Assembly: GCA_963718235.1 (NCBI GenBank)
Contig: CAVQYR010000001.1
Span: forward strand, 1,856,001-1,920,000
Source: an uncultured Actinomycetota bacterium
Lineage (GTDB): Bacteria > Actinomycetota > Actinomycetes > JAHEKZ01
Length of the DNA stretch: 64,000 nucleotides
Direction: 5' to 3'
The translations under genes and the position numbers were made by a program. Positions 38,607 to 49,281 of this stretch are shown here, in pieces. The first letter of the stretch is position 1. The number at the start of each line of letters is the position of its first letter. The notes below the pieces were generated by a model, which saw nothing but the letters and a program-made list of their open reading frames with translations, was not told where the DNA came from and did not search any database.

Positions 38607-40286
38607 CTACCTGATCGTGATGGTCAGTGGGTTGGCGTTGGGGGCGCCCACGACCGCAGCGGCGTTCGGCACCACCACGAAGCGCGGCTTGGCGGCCGTA
38701 CCGACGTTCTGCGAGACCCGAAGCTGGTAGTCACCTGCCTTGCTGGGCAGCTTCAACCAGCACACGTACCCTCCCGACCCAGCCTTGCACGTGCATGAGG
38801 TGCTCCACGCCGAGGCCGTTGCGGTCGGCGATGCGGTCACCCGCACGGCGGCGCTGGCGGCCCGGGGCGCGCCCTGGTAGCTGCCGAGCGAGAACTTCAC
38901 CGGGATCGTCCACCCCCGTCCCAGCGCGGAGCCCGACGACGGAGAAGTGAAGCCGAGGAAGGCGTCGGTCACGTTGTACCAGCGAGTCACCGAGGTCGTG
39001 TTCCCGGCGTTGTCGGTCGCGGTGCAGGTGACCCGCCTCGTCCCGACCGTCGAGGTGTTCACCGGGGTGCACGACTGTGCGGCCACCCCAGAGGTCGCAT
39101 CCTGCGCCCCGGGGGTCACGACAGGAGCCGGCTGGCCCACCGCGAACGACGAGCCCGCGGGAAGGGAGGGAGACAGCGTGGGGGGCGTCGCGTCGTAGCC
39201 GATCGTGACCGTCCGCGGACCGGTCGACCCTCCGTCGCTGGTGGCGTTGCAGGAGTACGCGGTCTTGGCCTGGTCAGAGCTGATCGCCTGGTCGACGCAG
39301 CCGGTCTTGACGACCGAGCCCGGTGACTCGGCGTCGGTGACCGCCCACGACAGCGTGACCGGCGTGCGGTACCAGCCACCGTCCCCCGGGCTGGCCGGCG
39401 CGAGCACGCCGTCGATGGTCGGCGGTGTCGAGTCCCCCGTCGTCGAGCTGACCACCTGGGTGAGGGAGCCAGTACTCGTCGCGAAGTAGTACTGCTGGTA
39501 GCTCTGGGCTCCCAGGTAGTTGGCGGTGACGACGTGGTTGCCGGGGCTGAGCCAGGAGGCGTTGAACACCGCCTGGCCGGCCGCGTTCAAAGCCACGCTG
39601 GCGGTCACCTCGACGCCGTCCACGACGAACTGCACGCCACCCTGGGTCACGGCCGTGTCCCTGTCGGTCCGCACGGTGGCGGTGAAGCTGACCGACTCCC
39701 CCTCAACGGACGGGTTCGTGCTGGACGTGAGGCTGGTCGTGGTGCAGTCGGCCGCGATGGCGGTGAAGTACGCGGACCGGCCGACCTGGCGAACCACAAC
39801 GTTGGCGTAGGGGGGCGTCCCGCCGGGGATGCTGAACGCGAACGCGGCCGCCGAGTACTCCCAGATCGGGTTGCCCTGGAAGTCCTCGTACTCGTTGAGC
39901 AGCGGGTCGACGGGCTGCGGCGGCAACGTGGTCACCGCGTCGAGCGGGGGGACGAGCGTGGTGCCGTCGTTGAGCAGCAGCCCACCAGGGACGACGGTCG
40001 CCCCACCCACGTCCTGCCAGGCAGGAGTGATGTAGAGCTCGACCCCCAGCCCGGTCGCCGAGGGCGCCGGCGGAGGCGTCACGGCCGGGTCGACATCGGT
40101 TCCCTCGCCCGCGAGCCCGGTGATCGAGGTGCCACAGACCGCGCCCAGGGTGCCGGGTGCGAGGTCGACCGCGACGTCGGCCTGACCGTTGCCGTACGTC
40201 CATTTGACCTTGGCCGATGCCGACGGCACCCAGACCAGCAGCAGGGCGAGCACGGCGATGAGCGTGAGCAGCACCTTCGACTTCAT
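38607..40286 (-). CDS. Secreted multi-Ig-domain protein (unassigned N-domain, Ig-like group 3, HYR-like repeats, PxKF domain)
   Basis: Signal peptide MKSKVLL..SASA; TTTSL.SS.NPSV.G..V.FTATV; two D.TPPT repeats ending VTCTATDNAGN; IPVKFSL. Confidence 0.8.
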   Translation of the reverse strand: MKSKVLLTLIAVLALLLVWVPSASAKVKWTYGNGQADVAVDLAPGTLGAVCGTSITGLAGEGTDVDPAVTPPPAPSATGLGVELYITPAWQDVGGATVVPGGLLLNDGTTLVPPLDAVTTLPPQPVDPLLNEYEDFQGNPIWEYSAAAFAFSIPGGTPPYANVVVRQVGRSAYFTAIAADCTTTSLTSSTNPSVEGESVSFTATVRTDRDTAVTQGGVQFVVDGVEVTASVALNAAGQAVFNASWLSPGNHVVTANYLGAQSYQQYYFATSTGSLTQVVSSTTGDSTPPTIDGVLAPASPGDGGWYRTPVTLSWAVTDAESPGSVVKTGCVDQAISSDQAKTAYSCNATSDGGSTGPRTVTIGYDATPPTLSPSLPAGSSFAVGQPAPVVTPGAQDATSGVAAQSCTPVNTSTVGTRRVTCTATDNAGNTTSVTRWYNVTDAFLGFTSPSSGSALGRGWTIPVKFSLGSYQGAPRAASAAVRVTASPTATASAWSTSCTCKAGSGGYVCWLKLPSKAGDYQLRVSQNVGTAAKPRFVVVPNAAAVVGAPNANPLTITIR

Positions 40287-40340
40287 GGCGTCCCCCTTGA
40301 GAGCCTGGCTGCCACGGGACGCTAACAGCACAATGGCCCG

Positions 40341-43300
40341 ATGGACAGGGACAGCGCGCAAAGCTCCCGGTTCCAGCGTTACCTACCGGTCACAGCAAGT
40401 GACCCGACGGTCGCGGCCGGCAATCCCCTCACCAGGGACGCGGTCACCATGTTCGCCGACATCGCCGGCTTCACGGCCCTGTCCGAGCGGTTGTCCCACT
40501 TCGGCACGGCCGGCACCGAGCAGGTCGGTGGCATCGTCCGGTCCGCCATCGGCGGCGCTCTCGACGTCGTCGCTGCGCACGGAGGCGACGCTCTCGCCTT
40601 CGGCGGCGACGCGATCACCGTGGAGTTCGCCGGCGAGCACGGCTGGGACGACGCGCATCACGCCGCCGCGGAGATCGTCGAGCCTGTTCGAGGCGTCGCC
40701 GGAGCCCAGACGCTGGCGGGTCCGGTGGAGGCAACGGTGCGGATCGGTCTCTCGCACGGACGAGTCACCACCCTGCTCTGCCCGGGCGAGCGACGTGACG
40801 TGCTCGTGCAGCTCGGCCCCGGTCTCGATCGAGCGGCCGATGCGTCGGGTCGCGCCCCTCACAACAGCGTCCACGTCGTCCCGTTCGATGCGCTCGACGG
40901 TAGTACCGCCGAGGTGCCTGCCCGCGACGCGGACGGCCGCCCTCCACCGCGGGACGCCCGACTGGGCCCCGCGGCTGTTCCACCCCCTGACCGCCTCCCG
41001 GATCGCCGCGGCGGCCGAGCCCCCCGACGAGCACCGTCGGGTGTCGTGCGTCTTCCTGTCGCTGCCCCCGACGGACGACCGCGACCGCGTGGCACTGCGC
41101 GGGCTGTCCGACTTCGTGGCCACAGCAGCCGACGTCCTCGCCGACGCGGGGGGCGACGTGGTCCAGTGCTCGGGCGGGGACAAGGGCATCGTCCTGTTCG
41201 CCGTCTTCGGTGCGCCGGTCGCCCACCCCGACGACCCGCTGCGCGCGGTGCACGCAGTCGACCGGCTCCGCGCCACGACCCACACCCCTTTCGCGGCCGG
41301 GATCTCGACCGGTCTCGCGTTCTCCGCGGTCTTCGGCGGACGGCACAGGGGGTTCCCCAGCGCCATCGGGGACACCACCAACGTGGCGGCGCGGCTGATG
41401 TCGGCGGCCGAGCCGGGAACGACGCTGCTCGACGGCCCCACCACAGAGGCGGGTGGGGATCGACTCGTCGCCGACGAACGTCGCTCCTTGGCCGTCAAGA
41501 ACCGGGCCGAGCCGATCCAGGTAGCGCGGTTTCGCACACTCACCCGTTCCAGTCGCGACCTCGACGACGAGGGTGAGGGCCCCCTGGTCGGCCGAGAGAC
41601 CGAGCTCGCAGCCGGCGAGCGGCTGCTCGACCGCGCCGCACACCACGGCTCGGCCCTGCACCTCGCCGGCGAGGCGGGCTCGGGCAAGTCGAGACTGGCC
41701 GGCGAGCTGGCCCGGCGCGCCCGGATCCGTGGGATCTCGGTCCGGGTCGGCGGGTTCGAGGCCTTCGGTGTCAGCAGCCCGCTGGGTCCGTTCGCCGCCT
41801 TCGTCCGCGACCGACCCGGTCTTCCTCCGATCCGGGCCGCGGGCGACCTGCCTTCGGCGATCGGGGCTGTCCGCCCCGGCGACGAGCGGCTGTCTCCGCT
41901 GCTGGGGCCGCTGCTCGGACTCGACCTCGAGGAGACCACGGCCACCGTGGGTCTCTCCGACGACCAGCGCGCCGACCTGGGACGCCGACTGGTCGTCGAC
42001 CTGCTGTGCGCGACCCCGACGCCGACCCTGCTCGTGGTCGAGGACCTGCACTGGGCCGACGAGGCCTCGCGCAGCCTTCTCGCCGAGCTGGTGCCTCAGC
42101 TGCCCCACGGCCGACTGTCCATTGTCTCGACCCGCCGTCCCGGACCGCTTCCGGGCTGCGAACCCGTCGTCGAGCTCGCCGACCTGCCGCCCGAGCGCCT
42201 GGCCACGATCGTCCGCGACACCTGGAGCCGGCTAGGGGGTGGCGGCCTGCCCGAGGACTACGTGTCGACGCTGGTCGAGCGGGCTGCGGGCAGCCCGATG
42301 TTCGCGCAGACGGTCACCGAGCTCGTCCGTCGCCAGTACCAGCCCGGCGTGCCGCTGCCCGAGGTGCCCCTGCCCGACCAGCTGCTGCCCTTCCTGACCG
42401 CCCAGATCGACACGCTCGGCGACCAGGCCCAGGCCACCGCGCTGCAGGCGGCGATCTTCGGCCGGCCGGTCTCCGCACGCCAGCTCGCCAGCACCTTCGG
42501 CAGCACCGAGGCGCAGACGCGTCGGGACCTCGGTTGGCTCGCAGCCGCCGGGATCGTGCGATCCTCGGACACCGGTGACGCGGCCGAGGTGCAGCTTCGG
42601 CACGCGACAGTCGCCGAGGCGCTGGTGGCACGCGCATCGCACAGCGTCCGGGCACCCCTGCACGAGCAGGTCTGTCGGCACCTGATCGCAACCGGTGCCT
42701 CCGCCCGAGAGGTCGCCGGCCATCTCCAGCACGGCGACCTCCCGGAGCTGGAGCTGACCTGGTACCGCGCCGCCCGGCGTGAGGCGCTGGCAGCCTGGGC
42801 CCTGCACGAGGCGCGTCACTGGGCGGGTCTCGCTCTGGGTGCGGCACCACCAGCTGACTCGTCCGCGGACGCGGTTGCGCTCGCTGAGCTCGAGCAGCAG
42901 CTCGGCGACCTCGGCCAGGCGGGTGAGCGGCTCGTCGGACTCGATGGTCCCGCAGTCGAGCAGCTTCGAGGCCGGATCGCCCTGGAGACCGGGCGTCCTG
43001 CCGACGCGGTCGAGCATCTGCAGCAGGCGGAACGGCTGGGCGCCGACGGGTCCGGCGTCAGCTGGCCGCTGACGATGGCGCTGTGCGAGCTCGGTCGCTT
43101 CGCCGAGGCCGCCGAACGCGCACATCGGCAGCTCGAGTCGTCCGGCACCGACGGACCGACCCGGCTGGACGCGCTGGCCAACCTCGGGGTGATCGACGCG
43201 CGTCGGGGGGACTTCGCCGGGTCAGCGGCCAGACTGGAACAGGCGAGCGTCCTGGCGACCGAGCTCGGGGACGCCATGCGCCTGGCGACGGTCACTGGCG

Positions 43301-43947
43301 ACTTGGCGGGGACCCGCTACGCCTCGGACCGCACGGCCGAGGCAGCCGAGCTGCTCGGAAGGGCCGCCGACATCGCCGAGCGCCTCGGCAGCCGGCGGAT
43401 GGTGGCCTTCACCCTCGGCAACGCAGCAGCCCTCCGCCTGGAGGTCGGCGACCACGAGGGCGCACGGCGAGCGGCTGTGGCCAGCGTCCGAGCGTCCCTG
43501 CAGCTTGGTGACACCGCAGCGGCGCTCAACGCCCTCCAGGTACCGGTCGCCGTCACCGAGGCCGACGGAGCGCTCGAGACGGCCGCCGCCTGGTGGTGCG
43601 CACACGCTGAGCTCGAGGAGCGTCTGGGACGACCCAACGACTGCCTGGTGTCGCGGTTCCGGTACGCCACGGCGCTCGCCGGGCTGGGCCGGGTCGTCAC
43701 CGCTGCCGACGTCGTCGCCAGGACGGAGGCAGCGGGGGCGCTCGACGACGAGGACGTGCGAAACGAGCAGGACCGGGCGCACGCCGCCGTCCGCGGGCAC
43801 TACACGCCGCCGGTGGACACCGACGCAGTCCCAGTCGACCTCCCGACCCTGGACGAGAGCCTGCCGCAGGTGACTGCGGCCGACATCGACGAGCTGTTCG
43901 GCGCGATCGGGCAGCTGCTCACCGAGCGCGGGGCAACGGCGCGGTAG
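40341..43947 (+). CDS. Tandem class III nucleotide cyclase-STAND NTPase-TPR protein, sAC/ADCY10-like (frame break about 40900-40955)
   Basis: C1 domain MFADIAGFT..FGGDA in ORF 40341. C2 domain GDKG..FGAP..GDTTNVAARLM, Walker A GEAGSGKS, Walker B LLVVEDLHWAD and helical TPR-like repeats in ORF 40189..43947. Confidence 0.85.
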
Positions 43948-43976
43948 CCCACCCGACCACCCGGTGGCCCGCGTGT

Positions 43977-44975
43977 CTACCCGTCGCGGTCGGGCTGGTC
44001 GTGGGCGTGGCCGCGCAGGGCGCCGGAGTGGGCGTGGGCGGTGGGGTCCTTGCGTGCCTTCACCAGGCTGGCCACGGTCGTCACGGCCAGGATGCCGATG
44101 ATCACGGCGAGCGAGAACGTGGTCGGCACCTTCGGGACCTCGGGCACGACCTCGTGCACGAAGGTGAGGATCAGCTTGACCCCCACGAAGGCCAAGATGA
44201 GCGACAGGCCCACGGACAGGTAGATGAGCCGGTCGAGCAGGTTGCGCAGCACGAAGAAGAGCGCTCGCAGGCCGAGCAGGGCGAAGGCGTTGGCCGCGAA
44301 GACCAGATACGGCTCCGACGTCACGCCGAAGGTCGCCGGGATCGAGTCGAGGGCGAACAGCAGGTCGGTCGTCCCGATCGCCAGCAGCACCAGGAACATC
44401 GGGGTGAACAGCCGCCGGCCGGCGTCGCGCACCACGACCTTGCGCCCGACGTAGTCGTCGGTGAACGGCAGCCGTCGACGGGCGAAGGCGAGCACCGCGT
44501 TGTCCTCGAGGTCGGCGTCCTCGTTGCGGTGCCGGAACAGCTGGACCGCGGTCCAGATCAGGAAGACTCCGAAGATGACGAAGGTGAACGAGAACAGCTC
44601 GAGCGCTGCCGCACCCACGACGATGAAGACCGCACGCAGCACCAGGGCCAGGGCGACCCCGAACAGCAGCGCCATCTGCTGGTAGGCCGAGGGGACGGCG
44701 AACCGGGCGAAGATGATGACGAAGACGAACAGGTTGTCGACACTGAGGCTCTTCTCGACCAGCCAGGCTGCGAAGTACTCCTGCCCGAACACCGGCCCGC
44801 TCACCACCCAGACGCCGACGCCGAAGGCGAGCGCGATGCCCACGTAGAGCACCGACCACCAGGCCGCCTCGCGGATGCTCACGTCGTGGGGGTTGCGGCC
44901 CACCAGGAAGTCCACGGCGAGCAGCGCGACGATGAACCCGATCGTCGCGAGCCACACCCACAGCTCGACGTTCAC
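43977..44975 (-). CDS. TerC/Alx family membrane protein
   Basis: EKSLSVDNLFVF, DLLFALDSIPA, NAFALLGLR. Confidence 0.93.
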   Translation of the reverse strand: MNVELWVWLATIGFIVALLAVDFLVGRNPHDVSIREAAWWSVLYVGIALAFGVGVWVVSGPVFGQEYFAAWLVEKSLSVDNLFVFVIIFARFAVPSAYQQMALLFGVALALVLRAVFIVVGAAALELFSFTFVIFGVFLIWTAVQLFRHRNEDADLEDNAVLAFARRRLPFTDDYVGRKVVVRDAGRRLFTPMFLVLLAIGTTDLLFALDSIPATFGVTSEPYLVFAANAFALLGLRALFFVLRNLLDRLIYLSVGLSLILAFVGVKLILTFVHEVVPEVPKVPTTFSLAVIIGILAVTTVASLVKARKDPTAHAHSGALRGHAHDQPDRDG

Positions 44976-45040
44976 TGACCCTCCCGATGCCCGAGCGCCC
45001 CAGCCTAGTCGGAACCAGTGAACCCCGCTTCCGGCGTTCG

Positions 45041-46021
45041 TCAGCCTGCGCGGCCGGTCCGGCGGGTGTGGGCCAGGCTGACCACCGTGGTGACGGCCAG
45101 GACGCTGACGATGACCGCGAGGCTCACCGGGGTGCTGATCTCCGGCACGCCCTCCAGCGGCTCTCCACCGTTGACGAAGGGCAGGGTGTTGGTGTGCAGC
45201 GCCTCGAAGATCAGCTTCACCCCGATGAACCCCAGGATCACCGCGAGCCCGTAGCTGAGGAAGACCAGGCGGTCGAGCAGCCCGCCGAGCAGGAAGTAGA
45301 GCTGCCGAAGTCCCATCAGGGCGAAGGCGTTGGCGGTGAAGACGAGGTACGGCTCCTGGGTGAGCCCGAAGATGGCCGGGATCGAGTCGAGGGCGAAGAG
45401 CAGGTCGGTGGTGCCGATGGCCACCATGACCAGCAGCAGCGGGGTGAACAGCCGTCGACCGTCGACCGTCGTCCGGAACCGGTTCCGGTCGTACTGGTCG
45501 GTCGTGGGCAGCGCCTTGCGTACCCAGCCGATCACCCGGTTCTCGCGGAACTCCTCCGACTCCTCCTCGGTGTGAGTGGCCAGCTTGACCGACGTGTAGA
45601 CCAGGAAGGCGCCGAACAGGTAGAAGACCCAGCTGAACCGCTCGATGGCGGAGGCGCCGATCACGATGAAGGCCGCCCGCATGACCAGCGCGAGGATGAT
45701 GCCGATCAGCAGCACGAACTGCTGGTTCTCACGCGGGACCCGAAACCGCGACATGATGATCACGAACACGAACAGGTTGTCGACGCTGAGGCTGTACTCG
45801 GTCAGGTAGCCGGCGTAGAACTGGCCGGCGATGTCAGCGCCGAACTGGGCCCAGAGCCAGACCCCGAAGGCCAGCGCCAAGGACACGTAGAAGGCGGTCC
45901 AGGTGGCCGCCTCGCGCATGGAGACCGCGTGCGGACGACGGACCGCCACGGCCAGGTCGAACCCGATCACCACCACCAGGGCGACCAGCGACACCAGCCA
46001 CAGGGTCGGCGTGGCGTCCAT
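45041..46021 (-). CDS. TerC/Alx family membrane protein (second tandem copy)
   Basis: EYSLSVDNLFVF, DLLFALDSIPA, NAFALMGLRQLYF. Confidence 0.93.
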   Translation of the reverse strand: MDATPTLWLVSLVALVVVIGFDLAVAVRRPHAVSMREAATWTAFYVSLALAFGVWLWAQFGADIAGQFYAGYLTEYSLSVDNLFVFVIIMSRFRVPRENQQFVLLIGIILALVMRAAFIVIGASAIERFSWVFYLFGAFLVYTSVKLATHTEEESEEFRENRVIGWVRKALPTTDQYDRNRFRTTVDGRRLFTPLLLVMVAIGTTDLLFALDSIPAIFGLTQEPYLVFTANAFALMGLRQLYFLLGGLLDRLVFLSYGLAVILGFIGVKLIFEALHTNTLPFVNGGEPLEGVPEISTPVSLAVIVSVLAVTTVVSLAHTRRTGRAG

Positions 46022-46103
46022 TCACACTGCCTTTCTGGTGCCCTTCTGGTCGCCGACGGGGTGCCCCATTCTGGGGCATGCACCCCCCGGACCGCTCGAC
46101 CGG

Positions 46104-48203
46104 TCAGCCGACTCCGGCGGCCCGCATGGCGCGCAGCTCCTTCTTGAGGCCGCCGATCTCGTCCCGGAGCCGGGCGGCCAGCTCGAACTGCAGCTCAGCC
46201 GCGGCGGCATGCATCTGGTCGGTGAGCTGCTGGACCAGGTCGGCCAGGTCGGCCGCCGGGATCTCGGCCAGGCGGTCGCTCCGCTCGCGGGAGACCACGA
46301 CGCCGGGCACCGGGGACCGGCCCCGCGACTGGGAGCGCCCGGTACCGCCGATGAGCGCCTCGGTGTCGGCGTCCTCGCGGGCCAGCAGCTCGGTGATGTC
46401 GGAGATCCGTTTGCGCAGGGGCTCGGGGTCGAGGCCGTGCTCGGTGTTGTAGGCCACCTGCTTGACCCGACGCCGGTTCGTCTCCTCGATCGCGTGCTCC
46501 ATCGACGGAGTGATGCTGTCGGCGTACATGTGGACCTGCCCCGACACGTTGCGCGCCGCGCGACCGATCGTCTGGATGAGTGACGTGGCCGAGCGGAGGA
46601 AGCCCTCCTTGTCGGCGTCCAGGATGCTGACCAACGAGACCTCCGGGAGGTCGAGCCCCTCGCGCAGCAGGTTGATCCCCACCAGGACGTCGAACTCGCC
46701 CATGCGCAGCTCGCGCAGCAGCTCGACCCGTCGCAGGGTGTCCACCTCGGAGTGCAGGTAGCGCACCCGGATCCCCAGCTCGAGCAGGTAGTCGGTGAGG
46801 TCCTCGGACATCTTCTTGGTCAGGGTCGTCACGAGGACCCGCTCGTGCTGGTCGGCGCGTTGCCGGATCTCGTGCACGAGGTCGTCGATCTGCCCCTTCG
46901 TCGGCTTCACCACGATCTCGGGGTCGATCAGGCCGGTGGGTCGGATGATCTGCTCGACGACGCCGTCGGCCCGGGACAGCTCGTACGGGCCCGGTGTGGC
47001 GGACAGGTACACCGTCTGGCCACGGCGCTCGGTGAACTCGTCCCACCGCAGCGGACGGTTGTCCATCGCGCTGGGCAGCCGGAAGCCGTGGTCGACCAGG
47101 GTTCGCTTGCGGGACATGTCCCCCTCGTACATGCCCCCGATCTGCGGGACGGTGACGTGTGACTCGTCGATCACCAGCAGGAAGTCCTCGGGGAAGTAGT
47201 CGAGCAGGCAGTTCGGCGGCGTGCCGGGGCCGCGACCGTCGATCGGCCGGGAGTAGTTCTCGATCCCTGAGCAGGTGCCGACCTGGCGCATCATCTCCAG
47301 GTCGTAGGTGGTGCGCATGCGCAGCCGCTGGGCCTCGAGCAGCTTGCCCTGCTGCTCCAGCTCGGCCAGTCGCTCGCCCAGCTCGGTCTCGATCTCGGTG
47401 ATCGCCCGCTCCATGCGCTCCGGCCCGGCCACGTAGTGCGAGGCCGGGAAGACGTACAGCTCGGTGTCGTCGGACAGGACCTCACCGGTCAGGGGGTGCA
47501 GCGTGGAGAGGCGCTCGACCTCGTCACCGAACATCTCGATCCGCACGGCCAGCTGCTCGTACACGGGGATCACCTCGATCGTGTCCCCGCGGACCCGGAA
47601 GGTGCCCCGGGTGAACGCCAGGTCGTTGCGGGTGTACTGGACGTCGACCAGCTTGCGCAGCAGCACGTTGCGGTCGATCTCGTCGCCCACCCGCAGCCGC
47701 ACCATGCGGTCGACGTACTCCTGCGGCGTGCCCAGGCCGTAGATCGCCGAGACGGTGGCGACCACCACGACGTCGCGGCGGGTGAGCAGGCTGTTCGTCG
47801 CCGAGTGGCGCAGCCGCTCGACCTCCTCGTTGATCGAGGAGTCCTTCTCGATGTAGGTGTCGGACTGCGGGATGTACGCCTCGGGCTGGTAGTAGTCGTA
47901 GTACGAGACGAAGTACTCGACCGCGTTGTCGGGCATGAGCTCGCGGAACTCGTTGGCCAGCTGCGCGGCCAGCGTCTTGTTCGGGGCCATGACCAGGGTC
48001 GGCCGCTGCAGCCGCTCGATCAGCCAGGCCGTCGTCGCGGACTTCCCGGTGCCCGTGGCCCCGAGCAGAACGACGTCGGGCTCCCCCGCCCTGATCCGTC
48101 GCTCCAGCTGCTCGATCGCCTGGGGCTGGTCCCCGGACGGGGAGTAGTCGGCGACGACCCGGAACGGTGCCACGCGGCGCTGCAGGTCGGTGACCGGTCT
48201 CAT
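46104..48203 (-). CDS. uvrB: Excinuclease ABC subunit B
   Basis: [44 protein letters not shown]-terminal UVR domain. Confidence 0.97.
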   Translation of the reverse strand: MRPVTDLQRRVAPFRVVADYSPSGDQPQAIEQLERRIRAGEPDVVLLGATGTGKSATTAWLIERLQRPTLVMAPNKTLAAQLANEFRELMPDNAVEYFVSYYDYYQPEAYIPQSDTYIEKDSSINEEVERLRHSATNSLLTRRDVVVVATVSAIYGLGTPQEYVDRMVRLRVGDEIDRNVLLRKLVDVQYTRNDLAFTRGTFRVRGDTIEVIPVYEQLAVRIEMFGDEVERLSTLHPLTGEVLSDDTELYVFPASHYVAGPERMERAITEIETELGERLAELEQQGKLLEAQRLRMRTTYDLEMMRQVGTCSGIENYSRPIDGRGPGTPPNCLLDYFPEDFLLVIDESHVTVPQIGGMYEGDMSRKRTLVDHGFRLPSAMDNRPLRWDEFTERRGQTVYLSATPGPYELSRADGVVEQIIRPTGLIDPEIVVKPTKGQIDDLVHEIRQRADQHERVLVTTLTKKMSEDLTDYLLELGIRVRYLHSEVDTLRRVELLRELRMGEFDVLVGINLLREGLDLPEVSLVSILDADKEGFLRSATSLIQTIGRAARNVSGQVHMYADSITPSMEHAIEETNRRRVKQVAYNTEHGLDPEPLRKRISDITELLAREDADTEALIGGTGRSQSRGRSPVPGVVVSRERSDRLAEIPAADLADLVQQLTDQMHAAAAELQFELAARLRDEIGGLKKELRAMRAAGVG

Positions 48204-48209
48204 GGCACC

Positions 48210-48231
48210 ACCGTAGGCGCCACCACCGACA
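48210..48231 (-). promoter_or_regulatory. PafBC (RecA-NDp) promoter motif driving leaderless uvrB
   Basis: Minus strand reads TGTCGG-tggtggcgcc-TACGGT-ggtgcc-ATG. Confidence 0.82.
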
Positions 48232-48234
48232 CCC

Positions 48235-48838
48235 TCATGGCGACGACCCCATCCGGTCCCGAAGCGACGACCACAGCGCGTCGACCTTCGTGCGCAGCTG
48301 GTCCAGGCCGCCGGAGTTGTCGATCAGGAAGTGGGCCACCGCCCGACGCTGCTCGTCGTCGGCCTGGGCCCTGATCCGACCGGTCGCGTCGTCGGAGGAG
48401 AGCCCCCGAGCGGCCAGCCGGCGCAGCCGGGTCGCTTCGTCGGCCAGCACGACCACGACGACGTCGAACAGCCCCGCCATGTCCTTCTCCACGAGCAGCG
48501 GCACGTCGTAGACGACGACCGTGCCCCGCGGGACACCGGCCATCGTCTCCGCGGCCCGGGCCGCCACCTCGGGGTGCACGATCGACTCCAGGCGTGCTCG
48601 CTGGTCCGGGTCGCCGAAGATGAGCGACGCGAGGGCCGCCCGGTCCAACGACCCGTCCGGCGCGAGGACGGCGTCGCCGAACGCCTCGACCACCCGGCTG
48701 ACCGCGGGCTCGCCCGGGAGCCAGCACCTCGCGGGCCAGCTCGTCCGCGTCGACGACCAGCGCCCCGTGTTCGGCGAGCAGAGCGGCGACCGTCGACTTC
48801 CCGGAGCCGATCCCCCCGGTCAACCCGACCTGCAGCAT
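48235..48838 (-). CDS. coaE: Dephospho-CoA kinase (frame break near 48716)
   Basis: [26 protein letters not shown] is in one frame; LDRAALA..LESIVHP..VYDVPLL is in the next. A one-base excess sits in a G run. Confidence 0.9.
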
Positions 48839-48916
48839 GGGACCAGCATGCCCGACCGGTCCGGGCGCGCCGGGAACCGGCTGCGGCCGACCGACCGGGC
48901 CGACTACCGTGCTCCG

Positions 48917-49256
48917 GTGACCACTTCGGCCGACCCGGACGCCGCGGGCGCCGAGCTCGGGGCTGGCCCACCCGGTCGGCAGCTACGACGACCTGCCGGA
49001 CGTGGCCGTTCGCGTCGTGCTGACCGTGCCCCTGGCGGCCCCGCTCCCGGCACCTTTCGCCGCGGTGCCCGGCGCCCCCGTCACGGTGCTGCCGACCCCG
49101 GAGCCGGGTCGCTTCGGCGTGCCCGGTCGCACGGGCCGATCCCATCGCCGGCGGTCGCCCTTGCGCGACGCGCTCGTCGTGGGCCTGGCCGCCGCTGCCC
49201 TGGTCTTCGGGTCGGTGGCGGCGCTGCTCGTCGTCTTGGACGTGGTGCTCGGCTGA
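48917..49256 (+). CDS. Small hypothetical protein with C-terminal TM helix (possible frame break near 48965)
   Basis: TACCGT-N6-GTG leaderless start at 48917. The downstream frame (ORF 49002..49256) is Pro-rich and ends in a hydrophobic helix. Confidence 0.4.
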
Positions 49257-49281
49257 CCCGCGGCGGGGACGGGATGCAGGC

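Noticed and set aside
46058-46086. GC-rich inverted repeat after uvrB as a riboswitch or ncRNA
   Set aside because: A single short hairpin (TGCCCCA-ttc-TGGGGCA) without conserved riboswitch motifs; at most a terminator or promoter element.
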